Source: Candidatus Dadabacteria bacterium
Lineage (GTDB): Bacteria > Desulfobacterota_D > UBA1144 > Nemesobacterales > CSP1-2
Direction: 5' to 3'
Assembly: GCA_963805855.1 (NCBI GenBank)
Contig: CAWDVW010000005.1
Location: 224,001 to 288,000 of the forward strand
Length of the DNA: 64,000 bases
Part shown: one piece after another, positions 42,313 through 52,200 of the stretch
Layout of the letters: each line of letters begins with the position of its first letter
How positions within the stretch are numbered: position 1 is the first letter of the stretch
Notes under the pieces: model-generated
Databases searched by the model: none
Seen by the model: only the letters and a program-made list of their open reading frames with translations
Told to the model about the DNA's origin: nothing
Program-made: the position numbers and the translations under genes

Positions 42313-44313
42313 ATGTTTGTCAAATTCGGGCGCGAAGCTTGCGGTTACCCGGAATCAGCCGAAAACAGGGAATGGTTGTCTGCCAACGGGATTGGTGGTT
42401 ACGCCTCCGGTACCGTCGCAGGGGTTCTTACTCGACGCTATCACGGTTTGCTAGTAGCCGCTCTCAAACCCCCTCTCGGCAGAACCCTTCTGCTTTCCAA
42501 ACTCGACGAGAGCGTAACTTACGACGGATCGGAATACGAGCTATTCACAAACCGCTGGAGCGATGGGACCGTATCGCCCCGAGGCTTTCTCAATATAGAG
42601 AGCTTCGATCTCGACGGCACCATACCGGTTTGGAGATTTGCATGCGCCGATGCCTTAATGGAAAAACGTATATGGATGAAGCAGGGCGCAAACACCACCT
42701 ACATTCGCTACACATTATCCCGCGCAACCGCGCCAGTGACCCTGTCGATTAAGGCACTAGTTAATTATCGTGATTACCACGGCACGACGCACGCTGGTGG
42801 CTGGAACATGAACATTGAAAATGTCACCGAAGGAATCCGAATAGTGGCCTATTCCGAGGCTACGCCCTTTTATATTCTATCAGATAAGGCCGAAGCTCAA
42901 TCCACGCATGACTGGTATTATGGCTTCAATCTATCCCTAGAGCAATACCGCGGTCTCGACCACCTAGAGGATCATCTGCACGCCGCAACATTTAGAGCAA
43001 CCCTTCACCCGGGTGAGTCTATCACGTTCGTGGCAAGTACCGATGAGAATGCAGATTCAAATGGCGAACGTGCGCTGGTATCGCGAATGAGCTATGAAAA
43101 GGAACTCATAGAACAGCTACGCTCAACAATACCGGAAGACATAAATCATATTCCAGCCTGGATAGGTCAACTTGCACTTGCGTCGGATCAGTTTATTGCC
43201 GATAGGCCCTTGCAAGAAGAGCCTGACGGCAAAACCGTAATCGCGGGCTACCACTGGTTTGGCGACTGGGGTAGAGACACAATGATCAGTCTTCCCGGTC
43301 TAACTATTTGTAACGGCAGGCCGGACGTGTGTCGCTCCATTTTGCGAACATTCGCAAAATACGTCGACCGTGGAATGTTACCTAATAGGTTTCCGGATTC
43401 AGGTGAACAACCAGAATACAACACTGTAGACGCAACGCTTTGGTACTTTGAAGCAATTCGAGCATATCATGAAGCTACCGGGGATGATGATTTTATCGTC
43501 GAACTATTTCCAGTTCTAATAGAAATACTTGACTGGCACATTCGCGGAACCCGGTACAACATTCATGTCGACCCGCAGGATGGCTTGCTCTTTTCCGGTG
43601 AAAGGGGTGTCCAATTAACATGGATGGATGCCAAAATCGGCGACTGGGTTGTGACACCTCGGACAGGAAAGACGGTCGAGGTAAATGCACTATGGTACAA
43701 CGCATTGCGAACAATGGTTAAGGTAGCAAAACGGATTAAAAAACCATATAAAGATTATGAATCAGCCGCCAAGCTTACCTTCAAAGGATTCAGTCGGTTT
43801 TGGAATGAAAAAGATCGATTCTGTTATGATGTCATAGATGGACCTGGCGGAACCGATCCAACATTAAGACCAAACCAGATATTTGCCGTTTCACTACCTG
43901 AAAGCCCACTAACTACTCCACAGCAAAAGGCAGTGGTAGATATTTGCGCTCTTCGTCTACTCACGTCACATGGACTTAGGAGCCTTGATAATAGGAATCC
44001 TCAATATAAAGGACATTATGGAGGAGACCAGTTTCATAGGGATAGTGCATACCATCAGGGAACAGTATGGGGATGGTTGTTGGGACCTTTTGTTCTAGCA
44101 CACCTTAAAGTCTATAATGACCCAATTAGAGCTAGAGAATTTCTTGAACCAATGTGTAATCAATTAGTTACACATGGCCTTGGGACACTGAGCGAAATCT
44201 ACGACGGAGATGCACCCTTTTCTCCAAGGGGATGTATCGCCCAGGCTTGGACAGTCGCTGAGGTATTGAGGGCCTGGCTAGCCACAGGGAGCTCATCTCG
44301 AAAAAAGATGTAG
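42313..44313 (+). CDS. Amylo-alpha-1,6-glucosidase (glycogen debranching enzyme, archaeal/bacterial type)
   Basis: REWL..NGIGGYASGT, TRRYHGLL, AGYHWFGDWGRDTMI, LTWMDA, RPNQ, AYHQGTVWGW, QAWTVAE. Confidence 0.9.
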   Translation: MFVKFGREACGYPESAENREWLSANGIGGYASGTVAGVLTRRYHGLLVAALKPPLGRTLLLSKLDESVTYDGSEYELFTNRWSDGTVSPRGFLNIESFDLDGTIPVWRFACADALMEKRIWMKQGANTTYIRYTLSRATAPVTLSIKALVNYRDYHGTTHAGGWNMNIENVTEGIRIVAYSEATPFYILSDKAEAQSTHDWYYGFNLSLEQYRGLDHLEDHLHAATFRATLHPGESITFVASTDENADSNGERALVSRMSYEKELIEQLRSTIPEDINHIPAWIGQLALASDQFIADRPLQEEPDGKTVIAGYHWFGDWGRDTMISLPGLTICNGRPDVCRSILRTFAKYVDRGMLPNRFPDSGEQPEYNTVDATLWYFEAIRAYHEATGDDDFIVELFPVLIEILDWHIRGTRYNIHVDPQDGLLFSGERGVQLTWMDAKIGDWVVTPRTGKTVEVNALWYNALRTMVKVAKRIKKPYKDYESAAKLTFKGFSRFWNEKDRFCYDVIDGPGGTDPTLRPNQIFAVSLPESPLTTPQQKAVVDICALRLLTSHGLRSLDNRNPQYKGHYGGDQFHRDSAYHQGTVWGWLLGPFVLAHLKVYNDPIRAREFLEPMCNQLVTHGLGTLSEIYDGDAPFSPRGCIAQAWTVAEVLRAWLATGSSSRKKM

Positions 44314-44331
44314 GCACGAATAAATATTCAT

Positions 44332-44359
44332 GATGCAGGATGCACGATGCAGGATACAA
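44332..44359. repeat. GATRCAN heptamer tandem array
   Basis: gatgcag gatgcac gatgcag gatacaa. Confidence 0.6.
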
Positions 44360-44721
44360 AAAAGCCACCATCCCCATCCCCATCCTCACCTTCCCCTTCA
44401 AAGGGGAAGGGATTTTGCAAACCTATACAAACCTCTTTGAAGAAGATATAAGTTTTCCTCCTCCGAAACGAACCGATCGGCCAGAGCTCAGTCGAAGGCC
44501 GTCCTGAATCCGCGAAAGACGCTTTCATGATTTATGAAGCGATTGACCCTTCGATTCAACTCAGGACAGGGTCAGGGTGAACAGATTAATTTGTATTTTC
44601 TTTACCCACGACGGAACCCGCAGACCCTATCTGCTTATCAGTATCCAAAATGAAGGGGTGATGCAAATTCGAGAAACGGACGCTACATTGGATTTAATTT
44701 AACCGTTCGGTTTTCTCTACG

Positions 44722-46668
44722 CTATGGATTCTTGAGTTGTTTCTTTATGCCGAGTTTTTGCATTCGAGACCGGAGTGTACTTGGATTCATCTTCAAGATC
44801 GAAGCCGCACCCCTTTTCCCGTCGATCACCCAGTCGGTCTTCTCAAGAATATCAATTATATGAGATCTTTCCACATCCTCCAGGGATTGATCAATTGTCA
44901 ATTCAGATAAAACGTTTAAACCCAACAGAGATTCATCAATCTGAATCTCGGATCCGTGAGAAAGTACAACAGCGCGCTCAATCACGTTTTGTAATTCTCT
45001 TATGTTTCCGGGCCAGGGATAAGAAGTTATCCTGCCCATAGTGTCCTTGGAAATCGGTTTAAAATTTTTATTCATCTTTTTAGCAAACTTAGTGAGAAAG
45101 AAATTGGTCAATAGTGGAATATCAGATCTTCGTTCTCTCAGTGGCGGCACATCGATGGGAAAAACATTTAGCCTGTAGAAAAGATCAGAGCGGAACGACC
45201 CTTTCTTAACGGCGTCGGTAAGATTTCGATTTGTAGCAGCAATTACACGTACATCCGCGCTGATAGTCTTACTACTACCAACGCGCTCAAATTCACCTTC
45301 CTGAAGTACACGCAGTAGCTTGACTTGAGTGTCAAGGGGCAGTTCGCTAACCTCATCCAAAAATATTGTGCCTCCGTCAGCAAGCTCAAACCGTCCAACT
45401 CTCTGTTGCAAAGCTCCTGTGAAAGCCCCTTTCTCATGTCCAAACAGTTCACTTTCAACTAGACCTGCAGATATTGCCCCGCAATTTACCTTTACAAGCG
45501 GCCGACCTTTACGATTGCTAAGGTTATGAATAGCTCTAGCGATAAGCTCTTTACCAGTTCCGGTCTCTCCGTATATCAACACGGTAGATTCAGATGTTGC
45601 GACTTTCTCCACACTCCGGAGCGTTTCTTTGAGTGATTCGCTCTGGCCGACGATCTCCTCGAAATTGTATTCAGTTTTGATTTCTTCCTGAAGATACACA
45701 TTTTCATCCTCAAGACGGTTTTTGAGTTGCTCAACTTCTAATAGAGCCTCCTGTAGAGCCTGCTCAGCATTCTTTCGCTCGGTTATGTCCTCTACCATCG
45801 CAAACGTATACATGAAATTCCCGTCGTCGTCGCGGATAGATGAACAGATTGTATTTGCCCAAATGAGCCGACCATCCTTTCTAACATAACGTTTCTCGAC
45901 TCGGAAATCGCCGATTTCCCCCTCCACGAGCTCAGTGAACAGTCTTTTACTCTCGTCAAGGTCTTCTGTGAAGGTTATTTCCTTAAAACTCATGCCCTTG
46001 AGCTCCTCCTCGCTGTATCCGAGCATATCCTGAAAAGAATTGTTGATAAGTCGGAATCTCCCGATGGCGTCGTTGATCGAAACTCCGATAGGGGCCGATT
46101 CAAAAAGAGCCCTAAAGCGCTCTTCACTTTTTCTTAGATTATGCGCGGCCTTCTCGCGCTCCATTTCAGCTCCGGCACGCGCTGCAAAAATCTGAAGAAC
46201 CGACAGTCCGTGCGGCTTGTCGGCCATCGGTCCCCGATCTAGGATAGCAATGTGTCCAAGTATGTTCTGGTATGAATCGCGAATAGGAATACCCAGAAAA
46301 CTCTCCGCTCCCCATTCCACCAGGCCAATATCCTTGGGGAATAGCGTCTGAAGAGAATTAGGATACAAGCATACATTTCCATTGATGACATTTTCACACG
46401 GGGTCCCAGCCAGTGTATACTCAAAGTTCTCTCCGAAGTCTTTCCCCATCCAAAATGCTAGGGTTCGAACCCTGGTAGAGGCTTCATCTGTACACTGTGT
46501 AATGAACGCATAGCTAACATTAAGTGCAGAAGCAAGATGATGCACGAGTGAGCGAAAAAAATCTGAACCGGTAACCGCAGCCGTTCCCTCCGCAAGATGC
46601 TGGAGCAATTCCAGAGACTTAATGTCTTGCTGCGGGAGCGTATCTGCGTCTTTCCGCCCGTCAGTCAT
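44722..46668 (-). CDS. Sigma54-dependent enhancer-binding protein (GAF-PAS-AAA+-HTH, FhlA-like)
   Basis: GETGTGKE, ESELFGHEKGAFTGA, FRSDLFYRLNVFP, WPGNIRELQN, HTH PSTLRSRM; N-terminal GAF and PAS/PAC; probable start MTDGRK at 46668 (frame open to 46812). Confidence 0.92.
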   Translation of the reverse strand: MTDGRKDADTLPQQDIKSLELLQHLAEGTAAVTGSDFFRSLVHHLASALNVSYAFITQCTDEASTRVRTLAFWMGKDFGENFEYTLAGTPCENVINGNVCLYPNSLQTLFPKDIGLVEWGAESFLGIPIRDSYQNILGHIAILDRGPMADKPHGLSVLQIFAARAGAEMEREKAAHNLRKSEERFRALFESAPIGVSINDAIGRFRLINNSFQDMLGYSEEELKGMSFKEITFTEDLDESKRLFTELVEGEIGDFRVEKRYVRKDGRLIWANTICSSIRDDDGNFMYTFAMVEDITERKNAEQALQEALLEVEQLKNRLEDENVYLQEEIKTEYNFEEIVGQSESLKETLRSVEKVATSESTVLIYGETGTGKELIARAIHNLSNRKGRPLVKVNCGAISAGLVESELFGHEKGAFTGALQQRVGRFELADGGTIFLDEVSELPLDTQVKLLRVLQEGEFERVGSSKTISADVRVIAATNRNLTDAVKKGSFRSDLFYRLNVFPIDVPPLRERRSDIPLLTNFFLTKFAKKMNKNFKPISKDTMGRITSYPWPGNIRELQNVIERAVVLSHGSEIQIDESLLGLNVLSELTIDQSLEDVERSHIIDILEKTDWVIDGKRGAASILKMNPSTLRSRMQKLGIKKQLKNP

Positions 46669-46929
46669 TTTTTCTAATTCCTTCGAGCTTTCAGAAAACG
46701 AATTTACATCAGGATCGACCGATTGCTCACAATTTCGCCCCTGATGTTGCACTGCTCCTCGTCGATTATTCTTTTTAATCCTAATATTAGTAGGACCACG
46801 CTCGTAAGCCATAAAGAACTTCTAAAATATTCCGACAATGCCTTCCTAAAGCGTATATTATAGTGCTCCTATCGCCCTCAATCAATAGGGTGCGCCAGTA
46901 TTAGCCGCTTTCAGCCCGGACCACGTGAT

Positions 46930-46969
46930 ATTTCGTACCGCTCTCGACATTTCGTGACAAATATTTCGT
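46930..46969 (+). promoter_or_regulatory. Putative enhancer (UAS) sites: three ATTTCGT repeats
   Basis: ATTTCGT at 46930, 46949 and 46963, about 90-130 bp upstream of the -24 box. Confidence 0.5.
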
Positions 46970-47055
46970 CTATCGAAAACCAATCAATCCGGACCCATAG
47001 ATAAAACACAACAAATTGAATAACTTACGAATATGTACCAAAGCCTTAACCTTTT

Positions 47056-47070
47056 TGGCACAGCGCTTGC
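47056..47070 (+). promoter_or_regulatory. Sigma54 -24/-12 promoter
   Basis: TGGCAC-AGCGC-TTGC, exact GG-N10-GC spacing, divergent from the bEBP and upstream of STAS/ECF. Confidence 0.85.
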
Positions 47071-47138
47071 GAACCATATTACACTGAACGCGGATAAGAT
47101 TGGATTAAAAAAGCAGATTTAGAAAGGGACTCAAACTA

Positions 47139-47441
47139 ATGTTTAAAATCACTAAGACCAAAGAGCATGACAACACAATAAACCTGAGAATGGATGGCAA
47201 GCTAGTTGAAGAATGGCTCTCAGAATTTGAAACGCTATATCTTAAAATCAGAAGTGAGGACTATAAGAGAATTATAATAGACCTCTCGGGTGTCAGTTTT
47301 ATTGCTGATAACGGGATTGATTTCATACAAAAAATAAAGGATGTGAGGATAGACATAATCAACTGTTCTCCTTTTATCGAATCGCTACTGGGCGACTTGG
47401 TAAACAGGGATAGGATCGAGAAACAGAAATTAAAGGGTTAA
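47139..47441 (+). CDS. Small STAS-like protein
   Basis: LRMDGKL...IIIDLSGVSFIADNG...INCSPFI pattern. Confidence 0.7.
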   Translation: MFKITKTKEHDNTINLRMDGKLVEEWLSEFETLYLKIRSEDYKRIIIDLSGVSFIADNGIDFIQKIKDVRIDIINCSPFIESLLGDLVNRDRIEKQKLKG

Positions 47442-47451
47442 GGAGATTGAA

Positions 47452-48111
47452 ATGGATACAATTAACATTGTCGATCAGCCAACATCTTTAGGAAAGAATT
47501 CCAGGCCGTTCTTGGATCAAAAGGCGTACTTTGAAAATGAAGAAACTGTACTCATAGAGCAGCTTAAGAACGGTGATCACGGAGCATTCGAGGCGATATT
47601 CGGTCTCTATGCAAACAAGGTTTACAACCAGGCTCTCAGGCGGTTAGGGAATAGTTCTGATGCCGAGGACGTGGTTCAGGAAGTGTTCCTGCTTGTATAT
47701 AGAAAGTCGAAGAGTTTCCAAGGTAAATCAAAGTTTTCTACTTGGCTCTACCGACTCACGATGAATGCGGCGATCACAAAGCTCCGCCAGAGCAAAGACG
47801 AGTGCGTTTCAATCGATGACTTCCTACCAAAGTTCAGCGACGATGGTCATCACTCAGCAAGACCTGTGGTCGATTGGTCTCAAGAGGTTGATAAGTTGGC
47901 GAGCAATCTGGAGTTATCCCGTGTAATAAGTCAGGCAATAGATCAGCTCCAGCCTTTAGATAAGGCAGTGCTAGTTTTGAGCGATTTAGAAGAAATATCT
48001 AACCGCGAGATTAGTGAAATACTCGGACTGAGCATTTTAGCGGTGAAAGCTCGACTCCATCGTGCGCGGCTATTTTTACGGGGAAAGCTAGCGGCCCATC
48101 TAGGATACTGA
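47452..48111 (+). CDS. ECF RNA polymerase sigma factor
   Basis: DAEDVVQEVF, FSTWLYR (region 2); EISEILG..AVKARLHRAR (region 4). Confidence 0.93.
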   Translation: MDTINIVDQPTSLGKNSRPFLDQKAYFENEETVLIEQLKNGDHGAFEAIFGLYANKVYNQALRRLGNSSDAEDVVQEVFLLVYRKSKSFQGKSKFSTWLYRLTMNAAITKLRQSKDECVSIDDFLPKFSDDGHHSARPVVDWSQEVDKLASNLELSRVISQAIDQLQPLDKAVLVLSDLEEISNREISEILGLSILAVKARLHRARLFLRGKLAAHLGY

Positions 48112-48189
48112 AGTTCTCAAGCAATCTCAAAGTTTAGCTCGCGAATTTCCTGTCGATTCTGCGGCGTTATTCATTAACGTGAAAAAGTT

Positions 48190-48219
48190 AGCATCTTACT
48201 TCAAACCACGAGCGTCTAA
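48190..48219 (+). promoter_or_regulatory. Putative ECF promoter (anti-sigma gene)
   Basis: AGCATCT-N16-CGTCTAA upstream of the zf-HC2 gene. Confidence 0.5.
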
Positions 48220-48242
48220 TAAAATGCTAATCAATAGTACGC

Positions 48243-48491
48243 ATGATTTGGTCTTTAATGAGAAGAAAAAAAGTAAATAGGACTGAACAAAGACAATTCA
48301 AGTTTGATTGTAAAAAGGTTACATCTTTGATACAAGATTATATAACAGGCGAACTGGAACCCGATATTGCATCGGAATTAGAGAAACACTTAAGCATTTG
48401 TCCTGACTGCGTCGCTTTTCTGAATACTTACAAAAAAACGATCGGCCTGGTCAATTCCTTTTACAACAAAAGATCTCAGAAACTGAAATAG
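48243..48491 (+). CDS. Soluble zinc-binding anti-sigma factor (zf-HC2/ZAS)
   Basis: C...LIQDYITGEL...HLSICPDC (HxxxCxxC); follows the ECF gene; no TM segment. Confidence 0.85.
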   Translation: MIWSLMRRKKVNRTEQRQFKFDCKKVTSLIQDYITGELEPDIASELEKHLSICPDCVAFLNTYKKTIGLVNSFYNKRSQKLK

Positions 48492-48575
48492 AGATTAAAG
48501 AAGTCCCTGAGAGCGAAAATTAATGAAGAAGAAGCCTAAGAGGTTGTTTTACAGTATCCCCGACCCCCTTGTAGT

Positions 48576-49286
48576 TCATTTTTTTGTAACCCAACTCGCA
48601 TTGGGAAGCTGTATCGCCCAACCGGGCTTAGCCCCACTTCTTCGAACCGCGGCAAATTGCTCTGCCGCCTCCGGAGCGACACGCTGGACATTCTCAGGCG
48701 TAGCCTGGAGGCCATTTATCTCAACAATCGCCTCGGCCATCCCATCGATGATTTTCATCCTATCCTTATTTTCTGCATTAAATGCACTTCTTTCCTGACT
48801 GGTAAGATCACCCAACATCACGAGTAATCCCTTATTACCCTCGCCGACTTTACGTCCTGACAGCATTTTACTTATCTCATTAAGTCTAGCTCCCCTGCTC
48901 TGAAATGCCCTGACCACCCCGGGCATATTGCGAATCTTGTTTGTTATCTCTCTTGCGATGTCGTCCTGAGCCCAGGCGAATTTCGACAGATCTAATGAAA
49001 AATTACGCTCAAGCCTTATAAACCTCCGGTACGTCAGTAAGGGCTTCTCCGAATATTTCCTGAGGCTTTGTGGTTCCGGTACTGATTCTTTCTTCACAGG
49101 CGGTTGTCCACTTACGGGACCCTCTCCTTCCTGCGGTTTTAATAGTTCTTCCTCCAGATCGATGTATGCTTCTCGAACCTCCTCCGCCGGGAAATAAACA
49201 TTAACATTTATAGTAGCACAAGCTTGTATGAATATCGGAACTGATATAAAACAAATTAGTAGACCCATTATTTTGTATCTATCCAT
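48576..49286 (-). CDS. DUF1318/YdbL-like lipoprotein
   Basis: Lipobox IQAC, TINVNVYFP, VGEGNKGLL, AENKDR, GWAIQLPNASW. Confidence 0.75.
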   Translation of the reverse strand: MDRYKIMGLLICFISVPIFIQACATINVNVYFPAEEVREAYIDLEEELLKPQEGEGPVSGQPPVKKESVPEPQSLRKYSEKPLLTYRRFIRLERNFSLDLSKFAWAQDDIAREITNKIRNMPGVVRAFQSRGARLNEISKMLSGRKVGEGNKGLLVMLGDLTSQERSAFNAENKDRMKIIDGMAEAIVEINGLQATPENVQRVAPEAAEQFAAVRRSGAKPGWAIQLPNASWVTKK

Positions 49287-49298
49287 AAGACTTTCTCC

Positions 49299-52200
49299 TT
49301 AATTCCTCTTATTTTCGAGATCAATCTGAAGGTGTCCCTCACCGGCTCTCTTGGAAATTTCTCTAATTACAGAAAGCAAATGTGCCAAAGATATTGTATT
49401 TCGTCGTGGATCAACTTGGATAGATAAATTCCTGTATCCAAGTACGCTGTTTGATATGTTAAACTCACTAAAGGTCAATACTCCGTCCTTAATATAACCT
49501 GAGATTTCTCCACTATCATATCTCCTGGAAGAACCAACGAAGAACCTGCTCTTTGCTCCCAGTTTCTCTAAAAAAGCCTTTCCCAATCTCCTCGACTCCT
49601 TTTTTGATTTTATAGACCAGAATTCAAAAAGTCCATCTATCGTCTCTAATTCTTCTCCATTGCCATTAAGCCAAACGAGTCCATTTATCCGTCCCGTAAT
49701 ATAATCTTTGATTGAATTTACCCTATTTGAAATATCTTCAAGGCTTATGTCCTTAAACAAGACTGAAAGATCGTATCGATCTTTTTTGACACCATAGTCA
49801 AAGGAACCGGCGACATAAATTCTTCCATCGAATAGATCTGAAGCACACTGATTCAGATTGAGTTTTAATCCCGTGATGTTAAACAAGCATTTTATGTCAT
49901 CAAGACTCAAAAATCCATATTTTATTCCATCTATCGTCAAGAAATCGTTTTTACCGTAATTATCAGTATCATTCAACAGAGATAAAAACCTTTTAAATAC
50001 CTCCTTATCCAACTCACGATGCTCCCGCAATAATGAAGCCAAGATATTTCGAGACTCGCTGTATTCGTCAAACGTAAGCACGCCGTTTATACCGCTAACA
50101 GAGGTCGGGACCCCCGCGATAACGCCGGAAAAGGAGGTGTTGGCAATAGACATTTTGCCGCTCCATGATAGATCCTTTTGCAGCACATGATCAAACACCA
50201 TATCCAACATTACGTCGCCCCTTAACTCACTCTCCTTAACCGATTCAGGCAGAAACGGGCTCAAAATACTCATTACTACCGGCAGTGGTATCCTGTTTGA
50301 ATTAATCTCTAACACCCTTTGTTCGTTCAATGAATTCTCCATTCGACCGGTAAATTCAATCTTTTGTCCATCTCCATTCTCTATAAAACCAGTTTTTAAT
50401 AGCAAAGTTTCACCAATCATTTGAAATTTCAAACTACTACCGATGTTGGAGGCCTTTCCATTATCCCTTATTCTCAAATTCTCAATTCTCAGTTCGCCCC
50501 GTCCTTGGGGTATTAAACCCTGATCAAGGGTTCCAGTAAAGTCGAGTACCATTCTTTCGAGAAAAAAAACATTGGACTCGTAAGGAATATTAGCGTCTTT
50601 TATTATGACGGATGAAGAAATGGATGAAAGAGGTTTAGTTGTATTTAATAACAAGCTACCCCCTAGCCTCCCCCCGAAAAGGCTACCCTCAAGATCATGT
50701 ACCCTAATACCATCTGATGAAGAATCTAATTTCACTGACATTTCCTTAATAGTTTGAGATTTGAGGTTAACTTCATCAGCAAAGATTTCTCCCCCCCAAC
50801 CGTTCTTTTTATTCGCACCATTGTAAAATATAAATTCTCCCCCCATTCCTATCGATTCAACCCCATATTTAGGCCCAGAAAAGCTCCCTTGGGAAAACCG
50901 AATTTTACCGGAAAATCTATCTCCCTTGCCGCCAAATATTATCGTGGTTTCATTTGCCTTGAGCTCTCCCAAACCTTCCAAACTCGCTTCTAGATTGATG
51001 AGTTTAAGCTCATCATGTTCAAATCCATAATCGGAGGTAACAGAAGGAAATTTGAAATCACCATATCTTCCATCTTTTAAACTAACCCTTCCCTTGAATC
51101 CAAATCCCCCATTTTCATCAGAGGCTAAATTAGCCTGGACACTGTCAAGGTACATGCTGTCATCCATGTTCCTAATTTTTGACCCATAAGCGGTTAGTTC
51201 TATAGATAAATTCTGATTGGTTTGGTACAGGACTGATATGTCATCAATGCTTCCCCTCTCAATCTTAAAGCCCTTATATGAAGCATCGTTAAAGGCCACA
51301 CCCCTACTCATGAGAGAGATCTTGTCCCGCCCTAACTGGGTTTCACTCTCACTTAATGACTTATCTAATGTATTGTTGAAACGCATATTGATCGGATCTC
51401 TGGTCTTTAAATTCGAAATCTCTAGCTTATCCCCTAAACCTGTCTCTAATTTTAGATCGTTAAGAGAAAATGAAAGTTCCGAACTATTCCATGTGCCATT
51501 GGTTTTAAAATCCAATTCCCCATTTAAACCTTCCAATAAACCGATTTTCGTCCAAACGTTCATTGAATTTAACTTTCCCTGGATAGATAGGCCGCTTGAT
51601 ACCCTGCGGGAAACAATTTTTTTAAAACCCAGGGCGCCTCCCAGTTGATTTACCCGTATATCTCTTTCCTTATCGTCAAAATCGACTCCGCTGAGAACAG
51701 CTTTACCGCTAAAGGTAACATCGTCCTTTTCCAAGGAACCAGTAAGTTTCAGATCTTGTGCCTCGACTTTCCCTGATGCAATAACATGTGAAAATCCACG
51801 AAATAATGTAATTACGTCCTCAAGCCGAGCGGTAGATGCAGAACCATTAATATTAAAAACTCCCCCTGTTGTTATCCTATCAACGCTCCCATCAAATCTG
51901 GCAAGAAGTAATTTCCCTACTTCAAAATCAAACGAGTTTATCAACAGTCTGTCAGCTATTTTGTCGTAGGTAACGTCATATAGGAGTTCGCTCGATAAAA
52001 GTGACCGGGTATTTGCGGATTCTTTACCATTTGCCAGTTGAATCCTCCCACTTGAACCTATTGTCTCAGCTATCCGGAAATTTAAGTCTGCATCTAGCGA
52101 AAGATTCTGCTGATCCTCCAGCACCTTGGATAATAAGCCCAGATTAAAATCAGATATATTGACATTTAATTTGCCATTTGTTTCATTCGAAGAAGCTTTT

